Below are positions 43,401 through 51,940 of a stretch of 64,000 nt of DNA, piece after piece. The position numbers were made by a program, and so were the translations under genes. The notes beneath the pieces were generated by a model. It did no database searches. It worked only from the letters and a program-made list of their open reading frames with translations, and had not been told where the DNA came from. The stretch is from positions 145-64,144 of the forward strand of contig JAIQFL010000010.1 of assembly GCA_020073365.1 (NCBI GenBank). Direction: 5' to 3'. Numbering within the stretch: position 1 is the first letter of the stretch; each line of letters starts with the position of its first letter. Source of the DNA: Terriglobia bacterium. Its GTDB lineage: Bacteria > Acidobacteriota > Terriglobia > Bryobacterales > Bryobacteraceae.

Positions 43401-45718
43401 TGCCAAGGCACCTGGCGCTACAATCTCCTGGGAGGTTCCATTTGAATCGCCGTACTTTCCTGGTTGGGACCAGCGTCGGGGCCGTGCTCGCCAACGCTCA
43501 GAATGCGCCCGCGGTTCCGCCCCGCCGCGTCTATTCCCTGAATCGCAACTGGCTTTTTCAGGCCAAGTTCACGCCCGGCACGGACGTGACAGACGACGAA
43601 AGACGATCGTCTGTCCCACTCCAGAGGGTCACGCTTCCCCATACCAATGTGGAACTGCCGTGGCACAGCTTCGACGACAAGGCTTACGAGTTCGTCTCGG
43701 TCTACCGGCGCCACTTCCGGGCGCCTGAGTCCTGGAGCGGTAAGCGCGTGTTCGTGGATTTCGGCGGCGTCATGACGGCGGCCAAAGTCACCTTCAACGG
43801 CCATGCGTTTGAGGAGTACCGCGGAGGCTACACCAACTTCTCTTTCGAATTGACGCCGCACCTGAAGTTCGGGGCCGATAACGTGCTGGCCGTGGTGGTG
43901 GATTCTACGGAGCGCCCCGACATCCCGCCGTTCGGCGGCACAATCGACTATCTCACGTTCGGCGGCATCTATCGCGACGTCGAACTGCGGGTCGTACCGC
44001 AGACCCACCTGGCGAACGTATTCGCCAAGCCTGTGCGGGTGCTCTCCAATGACCGCGCGTTGGTGGTGCGTTGCTATCTCGATGGGCCGGTCTCGAAGCC
44101 CATCGCCATCACGGCCGAGTTGCGCGACGGTGACCGCATTCTGAAGTCCGCCACCGCGACCGTGAGCTCCGCAGCCGATCATCACGACGTGACCATCGCC
44201 AACCTCGGCGACGTGGCGCTGTGGGACCTTTCGCACCCCAAGCTCTACCAGGTGACGGCGCGTCTGGATAACGGCGATGCCTATTCCACGCGCACCGGAT
44301 TCCGCGAGGCTCGCTTCACTGAGAAGGGTTTCTTCCTGAACGGGCAGCACGTGAAGCTGCGCGGCTTGAACCGGCACCAGACTTATCCCTACACCGGCGG
44401 CGCCATGCCTGCCCGCGTGCAGGCGCGCGATGCGTTCGTGCTGCGCAAGGAACTGAAATGCAACATCGTGCGCACCTCGCACTATCCGCAATCGCCGGCC
44501 TTTCTGGATGCCTGCGATGAGCTGGGCCTGCTGGTGCTCGAAGAGATCCCCGGATGGCAGCACATCGGCGAGAACAGTTGGCAGGACCTTTCGGTGGACA
44601 ATGTGGGCCGCATGGTCCGCCGCGACTGGAACCATCCTTCGATCGTGCTGTGGGGCGTGCGCATCAACGAGTCCGCCGACAATCACGCGTTCTACGCGCG
44701 CACCAACGAGCTGGCGCATTCGCTGGACGATTCGCGGCAGACCGGCGGCATCCGCAACCGCTATGACTCCGAGCTGCTGGAAGACGTCTTCACCATGAAC
44801 GATTTCGGATTCCCGCTGCGCCCACCCAATCATCCCGCGTATCTCAACACCGAGTTCAACGGTCACATGTTCTCCACCAAGCGGTTCGACAATGTGGAGC
44901 GGGTGGCCGAGCATGTGACCCGCCATGCGCGTGTGCACGATCAGCTTGCTTCCGACGACCGTTACGCCGGCGGCATCGCCTGGTGCGCCTTCGATTACGC
45001 TTCGCACCGCTATTTCGGCTCCGGCGACCGCATCTGCTATCACGGGGTGAGCGACATCTTCCGGCTGCCCAAGCCGGCGGCGGGCTTCTACAAGTCGCAA
45101 TGCGAGCCGGAAGAAGAAGTGGTGATCGAGCCTGGGTTCTTCTATGCCTGGGGTGACAAACCCGGCGGCAACGGCCCCGGCGTGGTGCCGATCTGTTCCA
45201 ATTGCGACCACCTGAAGATCTACTATTCGGGCAAACTGTTGATGGAAGCGGACCCCGACCGCAAGACCTGGCCGCACTTGAAGTACCCGCCGTTCACGGT
45301 GAGCCTTACCAGGCTGTCGTTCGGCAACTGGGGCGACCTGACGATCGAAGGCTACATCAACGGGAAAATGGTGGGGTCGCGGACACTCTCCGGCAGCGGC
45401 ACGGACGACCGGCTGGTCGTAAAACCAGACGACACGGAACTGGATGGCGATGGCCGCGATGCCACTCGCGTGGTGTTGGCGGTCACGGATACAGGCGGCA
45501 ATCCGCGCCCCTTCGCTACCGGAGCCATTCAACTGAGCCTCACCGGGCCGGGGGAGATCGTCGGCGAGAACCCCTTCTCGTTGAGCGGTGGCGCGGGCGC
45601 CGTGTGGGTGAAGGCCAAGGAGGCCGCCGGTACCATTCGCCTGGAGGCCCGCCACCAATACCTGGGTAAGCAGACCGTGGAGATTCAGGTACGGCGAGCC
45701 GAACGCGAGTGGGTGTGA
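43397..45718 (+). CDS. GH2 family glycoside hydrolase (beta-galactosidase/mannosidase-like)
   Basis: 773 aa. Tat-like NRRTFLVGTSVGAVLA. RVTLPHTNVELPW, NIVRTSHYPQSPAFLDACDELGLLVLEEIPGW, WNHPSIVLWGVRINES. Contains a repeat copy in-frame at 43588-43619. Confidence 0.85.
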   Translation: MMPRHLALQSPGRFHLNRRTFLVGTSVGAVLANAQNAPAVPPRRVYSLNRNWLFQAKFTPGTDVTDDERRSSVPLQRVTLPHTNVELPWHSFDDKAYEFVSVYRRHFRAPESWSGKRVFVDFGGVMTAAKVTFNGHAFEEYRGGYTNFSFELTPHLKFGADNVLAVVVDSTERPDIPPFGGTIDYLTFGGIYRDVELRVVPQTHLANVFAKPVRVLSNDRALVVRCYLDGPVSKPIAITAELRDGDRILKSATATVSSAADHHDVTIANLGDVALWDLSHPKLYQVTARLDNGDAYSTRTGFREARFTEKGFFLNGQHVKLRGLNRHQTYPYTGGAMPARVQARDAFVLRKELKCNIVRTSHYPQSPAFLDACDELGLLVLEEIPGWQHIGENSWQDLSVDNVGRMVRRDWNHPSIVLWGVRINESADNHAFYARTNELAHSLDDSRQTGGIRNRYDSELLEDVFTMNDFGFPLRPPNHPAYLNTEFNGHMFSTKRFDNVERVAEHVTRHARVHDQLASDDRYAGGIAWCAFDYASHRYFGSGDRICYHGVSDIFRLPKPAAGFYKSQCEPEEEVVIEPGFFYAWGDKPGGNGPGVVPICSNCDHLKIYYSGKLLMEADPDRKTWPHLKYPPFTVSLTRLSFGNWGDLTIEGYINGKMVGSRTLSGSGTDDRLVVKPDDTELDGDGRDATRVVLAVTDTGGNPRPFATGAIQLSLTGPGEIVGENPFSLSGGAGAVWVKAKEAAGTIRLEARHQYLGKQTVEIQVRRAEREWV
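43588..43619 (-). repeat. family A1 repeat (32 nt) embedded in the GH2 coding sequence
   Basis: GACAGACGACGAAAGACGATCGTCTGTCCCAC. It differs by one base from 34453-34484. Translated in-frame as ...VTDDERRSSVPL.... Confidence 0.7.
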
Positions 45719-45746
45719 GCCTCAGTCTTCACATTCGTGTTATCAA

Positions 45747-46352
45747 GTGTGGGGCGGTCAATCTTGGCCGCAGCCGCCTTTCAGGCGGCTTGTCCATGAG
45801 TCTTTGAGCAGTTTTCCCATGTCCAGACACCATCCGGTGGATGCGGCACTACGAGCGGCGACTTCCGCACGGGGACACCGTCGATCAGCCCCTGTTTGTC
45901 ACGTTCCGTTTGCATGGCAGTCTTCCCGCACATCGAGTGTTCCCTCCCGATGGCTTGGCCGGGTCGGGCAAAGCATTCGTGGCCATGGATCGACTGCTGG
46001 ATCGGGGCGCCACCGGACCATTGTATCTACACCGCCCGGAACTCGCGGACATGGTGGTGGCGGCCTTGCACGATGGCGAGCGGAAATTCCACCGTTACCA
46101 GCTACATGCGTATGTCGTGATGCCCAGTCATGTACACCTTCTCGTTACCCCGACGGTTGTGGCTGCCCGATGGCTCGCGCCGTTGAAGGGGTTCACCGCC
46201 TATCGGGCCAATGAATGGCTCGGGAGCTATGGCCAGGCCTTTGACGAGAATCCGGTTAGGGCAGGTCGGGTCGCTGAAGCGCAGCTGTATCCGTGGTCGA
46301 GCGCGGCGAGCCGCGTGAAAGGCGGCTGCGGCCACGATTGGCCACCCTGCAC
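45747..46352. mobile_element. RAYT-like gene bracketed by about 46-bp inverted REP-type repeats
   Basis: Left 45747-45792: GTGTGGGGCGGTCAATCTTGGCCGCAGCCGCCTTTCAGGCGGCTTG. Reverse complement of right 46307-46352: GTGCAGGGTGGCCAATCGTGGCCGCAGCCGCCTTTCACGCGGCTCG. By my manual alignment 39 of 46 positions match. Confidence 0.65.
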
Positions 46353-46584
46353 TTTATGGTCCGCGGATCTGGCGCAATTCGACCTAATCCAGCGAACGTG
46401 GCACGCGGGCAGCGCGATGCTGCGCTTCATTCGGACTTCACAGCCACTGTCTTCCCGCAACGATGTATCCGTTATAGGCGACCTTGGCACGCGGCGACGT
46501 TTCGGAAGCCCAAGGCCACTTGTCGAGGTCGGCCCAGAACTGACCCGCGTAATCGTCAGCATCGCCAGGAGACAGTTTGGTTGA
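45841..46584 (+). pseudogene. REP-associated tyrosine transposase-like (IS200/Y1 family) gene, apparently internally deleted
   Basis: MRHYERRLPH..., HUH motif in YVVMPSHVHLLV, LKGFTAYRANEWLG, ENPVRAGRVAEAQLYPWSS. The segment normally between G-Q-x-F and NPVRAG, which carries the catalytic Tyr, is absent. The ORF then runs through the right repeat into the convergent gene. Confidence 0.6.
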
Positions 46585-47181
46585 GTCGCGCATACCCGGT
46601 TCATTACAGCCTTCGCCCTTTCGCGCCATCGCTCCTGCCTGTACGTACCCAAGGCTGACAAATCCCACAACCTTTCGGTTGGGCCAGATTTCTGAGAGGC
46701 GAAGTAGAAGGGCTGTTCCGGATTTCCCAGCCCCCGCTACGCACCCGACAAACAGAACCACGGCAGGATTGATGGTGTCGTCAACAGTCATGAGCCCGAT
46801 TCGGTGGATGAATGTATTGATCTCCGGAGTCGGAATGGTCTCGGGCGTCAATTTGGTTGGCGAATCCTGACCGTTGATGTAGATGGTTCCAGAACCACCG
46901 TGCGCATGAATCGCCAGGCGCCCGATCTCTCCGGGCAAAATCCGTCGCCCTCCACCGCTGACGTACGTCGGCAACACCAACGTTTCGAGTTGGCTAGCGA
47001 GGCTATCCAATGAGAGGAAGTTGATTCCAACATCCCAGCCCGCTTGCCCATAAATCCGGTCGGCGTTTGTAGTCGGTCGATCCGACCAGGGCCACTTGAT
47101 TTTGTTCCGATCAGTGAGACGAGCGTCGTTGCACACCACGCCCGGAACATCTTTCGAATTCGCCCATATAGCAATGGACAT
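46438..47181 (-). CDS. hypothetical protein with clan-CD-like His/Cys dyad pattern
   Basis: 247-aa ORF in a lower-GC patch. RLAIHAHGGSG (strand-His-Gly), then 53-55 residues later AVVLFVGCVAG (strand-Cys). No other motif recognised. Confidence 0.5.
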   Translation of the reverse strand: MSIAIWANSKDVPGVVCNDARLTDRNKIKWPWSDRPTTNADRIYGQAGWDVGINFLSLDSLASQLETLVLPTYVSGGGRRILPGEIGRLAIHAHGGSGTIYINGQDSPTKLTPETIPTPEINTFIHRIGLMTVDDTINPAVVLFVGCVAGAGKSGTALLLRLSEIWPNRKVVGFVSLGYVQAGAMARKGEGCNEPGMRDSTKLSPGDADDYAGQFWADLDKWPWASETSPRAKVAYNGYIVAGRQWL

Positions 47182-47442
47182 TTCAGGATCTCCGGGTTCT
47201 ATTATCTCATAATGACCTATTGGAGAACGCCTTGTTGGCCGGTTCCAAGCGGGATCGCCAGGTCGACCAGTTTACGCGGATCGAGTGTCAGCACTCCTCA
47301 GAGTAGCCTGATAATAGCCATAATTCATTTTCTTAGCCAATTGATCGCCGCGGTCATACCCAACTGTCACGACCTTCTCACCCTTGCGGCCTGTCGGGAT
47401 TGGAAGCCAGGGCGGCAGCCGCCGGCGCGGAGGAGCAGTCCA

Positions 47443-48471
47443 TCACCCCGTCGCGGCTTCGAGCACCGCTTCCGGCGCTTCCCACTTCCCCGATTTCGCC
47501 GAGCGGAAAATGGCGTCGATCACCGCCATGTTCTTCACCGAGTCTTCCAGCGGCACGGACGGTGCGCCGCCTCCCCGGACGGCGCGAGAGAACAGATCGC
47601 CCTGAATGGTGTACTGGTCGCAGGGAGCGAACTCTTCCACCTTAATGCCGGAGCCCAGGATATCGCTGCCGTCATCGATGCGAATGCGCGACGTCCGGTT
47701 GGGGACCGCGTTGAAGGGAATCTCGAGCTCGATGCGGCCGGTGGTTCCAAAGAACTGCATGCTCTGATGCGGCACCACCTGGGTGCTGCATGCGAAGACG
47801 CATTGGCCCGAAGGGTAATCGAGAATCGCCGACGCCAGAATGTCGACGCCGAATGACGGATCGGGAACCAGCGTGCCCGAAACGCGGGTGGGCTCCTCGC
47901 CGAAGACCATCCGCGACGTCTTGATGGGGTAGCAGCCGATGTCCATCAGGCCGCCTCCGCCATACTCCCGGATGTTGCGGATATTCTCCGGCGCCCGGTT
48001 GAAGTAGCCGAACGAGCCCATGGCGAAGCGTAGCTGGCCGATCCGGCCGCTGCGCACCAGATCCATGGTCCGCACCCACTGCGGGTGCGTCTGCACCATG
48101 AAGGCCTCGCCGATGGTGACACCCGTGCGGTCGCGGGCGGCGATGAGTTGCAGCGCTTCCGCCGCGCTCAAGGCGATGGGCTTTTCGCAGAGCACGTGCT
48201 TCCCCGCCTCAGCCGCGCGGATGGACCACGGAACGTGGAAGTGGTTTGGCAGCGGGTTGTAGACCGCTTCGATTTGGGGGTCGGCGAGCATCTCCTCGTA
48301 CGAGCCATAGGCCCGCGGGATGCCCAGTCTGCGCGCAGCCTCTTCGGCTTTGCCGCGGTCGCGGGAGGCGATGCCGGTAATCTCGCATAGCTCGCCGCGC
48401 TGCATCGCGGGAATGACTTTGACGGTGGCGATCCTGGCAACGCCGAGGATGCCCCAACGGACTTTCTGCAT
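47443..48471 (-). CDS. Gfo/Idh/MocA family oxidoreductase
   Basis: 342 aa. MQKVRWGILGVARIA (Rossmann), HVLCEKPIA, typical C-terminal alpha/beta domain. Confidence 0.85.
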   Translation of the reverse strand: MQKVRWGILGVARIATVKVIPAMQRGELCEITGIASRDRGKAEEAARRLGIPRAYGSYEEMLADPQIEAVYNPLPNHFHVPWSIRAAEAGKHVLCEKPIALSAAEALQLIAARDRTGVTIGEAFMVQTHPQWVRTMDLVRSGRIGQLRFAMGSFGYFNRAPENIRNIREYGGGGLMDIGCYPIKTSRMVFGEEPTRVSGTLVPDPSFGVDILASAILDYPSGQCVFACSTQVVPHQSMQFFGTTGRIELEIPFNAVPNRTSRIRIDDGSDILGSGIKVEEFAPCDQYTIQGDLFSRAVRGGGAPSVPLEDSVKNMAVIDAIFRSAKSGKWEAPEAVLEAATG

Positions 48472-48542
48472 GGCTTAAGCATTTTACCGCGTGGTGGGGC
48501 AGTGGCCACCGCGTCGCGATCAGTGACAATAGAGCCATGCGA

Positions 48543-49493
48543 CTACGCGCGCTCGCGCGCGTTCTCATCGCCCGGCCGGCCGGCCGGGAAGGGACTGGCT
48601 TTGCGAAGCGGCATCCGGATCGATAGCCTGCGCCAGCGGCTCACGAGCTCTGACTGCCAGGTTGGGTTCCGCCGCCGCGCGTCCGCCGCATCCCCTGCTC
48701 CCGCGATATCGAGCTTCGCCGCAGCCTGCGACACGTGTCTCGCCGTGACCAGCGAGGCCTGCTCCTCGTAGGCCAGCGTCAGAGCGTTGTCGCAGATCGA
48801 ATTGATCAGCCGTGGAATTGCGTCCGACCGTTGCACAATCTCCGCCAAAGCCTCCGGAGAAAAAGGTGGCGATCCGGCCCCCCCGGCCTTATGCCAGCGG
48901 TGTTCGATGTATTGCTCGACCTCGCCCGATGAAAGCGGCTCAATGGACAGCCGCACGGCAATCCGTTGCTTCAGTTGTCGCAAATCCTCGCGATTCAGGA
49001 CCTCATTGAGTTCGGGTTGGCCCGCCAGGACGATCTGAAGCGATTCGAAGTTCCCAAGGAGCCGAATCTCTTCAAGAACCTGCGGGCTGGCCTTGTGCGC
49101 CTCGTCCACGATCAGGATCGACACCTTCCCCAGTAGTTCCCCTTGTTGAACCACGTGACCCAGCGAAGAAAGACGCTGGACCTTGCTGCCGGAAATCTCT
49201 GCCACACCGAACCCCTGTAATGTGGCCTCCAGGGCCTCGTCCACGGTAAGCGTCGGATTCAGAATCACACTGCACTGACAGCGGGTCTCCGGGAGATAAC
49301 GCAGAGCCGTCTGAAGAAGAGTAGTCTTGCCGGTACCAATGTCACCGGTCAGCACTATGAAGCGTTTGGCGCTAAGCACGGCATAAGTAAGACCTGCCAA
49401 AGCTTTGCGGTGCTGTTGTGTTAAGAAGAGGAACCTCGGATCAGGCGTCGTATTGAACGGATCTTCGCGCAACCCGAAAAGCTGGCTGTACAT
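48543..49493 (-). CDS. ExeA-like AAA ATPase (secretion/PEP-CTERM-locus-type ATPase family)
   Basis: 316 aa. FGLREDPFNTTPDPRFLF, Walker A LTGDIGTGKTTLL, Walker B ILIVDEAH, LAGQPEL. Confidence 0.8.
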   Translation of the reverse strand: MYSQLFGLREDPFNTTPDPRFLFLTQQHRKALAGLTYAVLSAKRFIVLTGDIGTGKTTLLQTALRYLPETRCQCSVILNPTLTVDEALEATLQGFGVAEISGSKVQRLSSLGHVVQQGELLGKVSILIVDEAHKASPQVLEEIRLLGNFESLQIVLAGQPELNEVLNREDLRQLKQRIAVRLSIEPLSSGEVEQYIEHRWHKAGGAGSPPFSPEALAEIVQRSDAIPRLINSICDNALTLAYEEQASLVTARHVSQAAAKLDIAGAGDAADARRRNPTWQSELVSRWRRLSIRMPLRKASPFPAGRPGDENARERA

Positions 49494-49547
49494 GGTTAAG
49501 AACCAGTCCTATCGCCGTCTGTCGATCGTAGTCGAAGAGCCGACCGA

Positions 49548-49859
49548 TCAGGCTCTCCGCTTCCCCCAGTGCCCTATTCCAACAGCGGACTTGGAATCAC
49601 CTTGCCCCATGATTCCGCTGATCAGCTTGCTCGCTTCATCTTCATCTGGCGGGTCGCCGACTCCGTTGTCGGCTGTCTGCACAGCACCAGAGCCGTTTTC
49701 ACGTGCACTCGTGGACGCTGTTTCTGCAGACATGGAGGTATCGTCGTTGCTAGCCAGGAATTCCAGAAGGAGGCGCTCCATTTCAGGATCAGACGCAATC
49801 CGCCTGATCGTCTGAAGCTTATTGATCCGTTCGTCGAGTTTCGCTATGTCGATTCGCAT
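49548..49859 (-). CDS. small acidic coiled-coil protein, hypothetical
   Basis: ORF trimmed to MRIDIAKLDERINKLQTIRRIASDPEMERLL.... Acidic, low-complexity C-terminal half. 54 nt upstream of the ATPase gene. Confidence 0.4.
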   Translation of the reverse strand: MRIDIAKLDERINKLQTIRRIASDPEMERLLLEFLASNDDTSMSAETASTSARENGSGAVQTADNGVGDPPDEDEASKLISGIMGQGDSKSAVGIGHWGKRRA

Positions 49860-50280
49860 ATCAGAATGGCTCCTGTGATACTCCCGCTTTTCAGCTCTGA
49901 CTATTTGCCAGACCGGTGCGGAGTTCGGTTGCCTTCGCAATAGTTCGGCCAACCGCCGCAAGCCGTGGAATCATTCAACATGCCGCAATCCGGCGGTGCT
50001 GTTGGAGCGAGAAAAGTTCCCAATCTAGCGGTCTCCACTCCAAAAATCGGGACAACCGTCTGATACTCTGATACGGGAAGATTGCCATGGCCAAGGCGGG
50101 GCAGCGAGCCCATCCCGAACCGCTGCCCGCAGCTCGAATGGGTCGACTCAATCCGGAAACAGTGTCACAGCGCCAACGTTGCCTTGGCAGACAGGCTCGA
50201 TACCTTGACCTCTCCGCAACAATCCGCCATCCGGGTTGCAGCGGAATTCTGAGGATTTCCAGCAAGTCCTTGGGAATGAG

Positions 50281-50354
50281 TGGCTGGGACGCAGGGATTC
50301 GAACCCCGATACGCAGATCCAGAGTCTGCAGTCTTACCGTTAGACGACGTCCCA
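50281..50354 (-). tRNA. tRNA-Gln (anticodon CUG)
   Basis: 74 nt folded by hand. Acceptor UGGGACG/CGUCCCA, D arm GUCU-AACGGUA-AGAC, anticodon arm GCAGA-CUCUGGA-UCUGC. T arm CGGGG-UUCGAAU-CCCUG, discriminator G, encoded CCA. Confidence 0.9.
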
Positions 50355-50427
50355 ACGTTAATCTCATTTTACCGCAAGCCGGACGGCGGAATCCAGGTGC
50401 CTGCGCGTAGTACACTGAAAAATCGAC

Positions 50428-51207
50428 ATGAAGAAGTGGTTGCGGCTGGGTGTCGTCGCAGGTTTCTGCGCGTCTTCCGGGTGGGCCGTCGACTGGAAAG
50501 CGCTCAGACCGCAAGGTTATGTCAGCGATTTCGCGGGGGTCATCGACGCGGGCGCCAAATCGGAATTGGAGAACTACTGCGGCCAGGTCGAGCGGTCCAC
50601 CGGCGTGCGGATTTCGCTGGTGACGATTTCCTCGCTCGAAGGCGAGCCGGTCGCAGACGTCGGCAGAACCATCTTCCAGGCCTGGGGCGAAGGCCCCAAC
50701 GTCGCCCTCCCCAATAAGGATGAGCGGGTCATGCTGATCCTGACCGTAGCGGACCGCCGTGACTGGGTGGCAACCGGCGCCGGGTTGAAACCCGAGTTGA
50801 CCGATGGTTTGGCCGGCAGCATTCTTCGGGAGACTCGGCTGGCGCTGCGGAAGAAAGATTATGGCGAAGCCATGCGCGCGGCGGCGGAGACCATCGGCAG
50901 CGCCGCCGCAAGGGCCAGGAAGGTGACCCTCGCCGCACGGATTTCGCGGCGCATCCGGTGGTCCCTCTCCGATTCCATCCCCTGGGCTGCGGTAGCGGGT
51001 GGGTTGCTGATACTGGTCTGGCTGATGCGCGCGGGTAACCCGGCCGGCTATGGCGGGTTGGGCGGCCGCGGGCTCCTCCCCGGCTTGATCGGTCGCGGCG
51101 CCATGAGGCGCTCCACCTGGGGCAGTCGCGGGTCGGGTGGCTTCGGCGGATTCGATTCCGGCGATGCATCCGGCGGATTCGGCGGCGGCGCCTGCCGCGA
51201 CTGGTGA
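50428..51207 (+). CDS. TPM domain (YgcG-like) membrane protein
   Basis: Signal peptide. YVSDFAGVIDAGAKSELENYCGQVERSTGVRISLVTISSLEG, a TM segment, Gly-rich tail GSGGFGGFDSGDASGGFGGG. Confidence 0.8.
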   Translation: MKKWLRLGVVAGFCASSGWAVDWKALRPQGYVSDFAGVIDAGAKSELENYCGQVERSTGVRISLVTISSLEGEPVADVGRTIFQAWGEGPNVALPNKDERVMLILTVADRRDWVATGAGLKPELTDGLAGSILRETRLALRKKDYGEAMRAAAETIGSAAARARKVTLAARISRRIRWSLSDSIPWAAVAGGLLILVWLMRAGNPAGYGGLGGRGLLPGLIGRGAMRRSTWGSRGSGGFGGFDSGDASGGFGGGACRDW

Positions 51208-51217
51208 GGACCATCCC

Positions 51218-51940
51218 ATGGACCTGGTACTGAACCAACTCGTGGAGCGGCTGAAGAAGGCCTATGGAGAAGGCTTGGTCTCGGTTGTGCTTTACGGGTC
51301 GGCGGCTGCGGGCGAACATCAGCCAAAATTCTCCGATCTCAACGTTCTGTGTGTCCTGAAGGAAATCTCGCGCCGCGAACTGGGCGCCAGCGAGGAGGTG
51401 TTTGGCTGGTGGCGCGAGCGGGGCAACCCCTCCCCGCTGCTTCTCACCGAGCCCGAAATCGCCTCGTCTACCGACTGCTTCCCCATGGAGTTCACCGACA
51501 TCCGGCGCCACCACCGCGTGCTCTTTGGCAAGGATGTGGCCAGCGTCCTGGAAGTGGACGGCCGGTTCTATCGCGCGCAGGTGGAGCGCGAGTTACGAGC
51601 CATGCTCTTGCGCCTGCGCCAAAAGGCCGCGGGAATGATTTCCGACCCGGACCTGCTGCGACGCCTGCTGGCCGATTCCATTTCCACCTTTTGCGTGCTC
51701 TTTCGCCACGCCCTCGCTCTCCACGGCCGGGACGTGCCGCCGGCGAGGCGAGAGGTGATCCGGGCAGCGGTGGACCATTTCGGCATCGACCCCGCGCCTT
51801 TCGAAAAGCTCCTCGATCTGCGCGAGCGGCGGGTCAAGCCGCGTGACGTGGAACCCGTGGCGCTGGTGACCGCGTACCTACGCGGGATCGCGTTAATCAT
51901 CGACGCCGTGGACCGGCTGGAGAAACAGGAGATCGCGTGA
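51218..51940 (+). CDS. minimal nucleotidyltransferase-fold protein with helical C-terminal domain
   Basis: ORF trimmed to MDLVLNQLVERLKK.... LYGSAAAGEHQPKFSDLNV (GS-x-SD-x-D/N type NTase motif). The stop overlaps the GTG start of lemA. Confidence 0.6.
   Translation: MDLVLNQLVERLKKAYGEGLVSVVLYGSAAAGEHQPKFSDLNVLCVLKEISRRELGASEEVFGWWRERGNPSPLLLTEPEIASSTDCFPMEFTDIRRHHRVLFGKDVASVLEVDGRFYRAQVERELRAMLLRLRQKAAGMISDPDLLRRLLADSISTFCVLFRHALALHGRDVPPARREVIRAAVDHFGIDPAPFEKLLDLRERRVKPRDVEPVALVTAYLRGIALIIDAVDRLEKQEIA

Noticed and set aside
43418-45658. 746-aa minus-strand ORF
   Set aside because: It is antisense to the GH2 gene and has no motifs. It is a shadow ORF.
47182-47442. In-frame continuation after the Gfo/Idh/MocA TGA stop (…IPTGRKGEKVVTVGYDRGDQLAKKMNYGYYQATLRSADTRSA), considered as stop-codon read-through or a small ORF
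   Set aside because: I recognised no SECIS-like or recoding signal and found no RBS for an independent start. The coincidence is plausible in a 260-bp spacer, so I left it unannotated.
49860-50280. Searched for an integrase gene or a duplicated tRNA-Gln 3' end (att site) near the tRNA
   Set aside because: I found none by eye, so the island hypothesis remains unsupported by border evidence.
49975-51219. 414-aa minus-strand ORF
   Set aside because: It runs across the tRNA-Gln gene and is antisense to the TPM-domain gene. It cannot be a real CDS.
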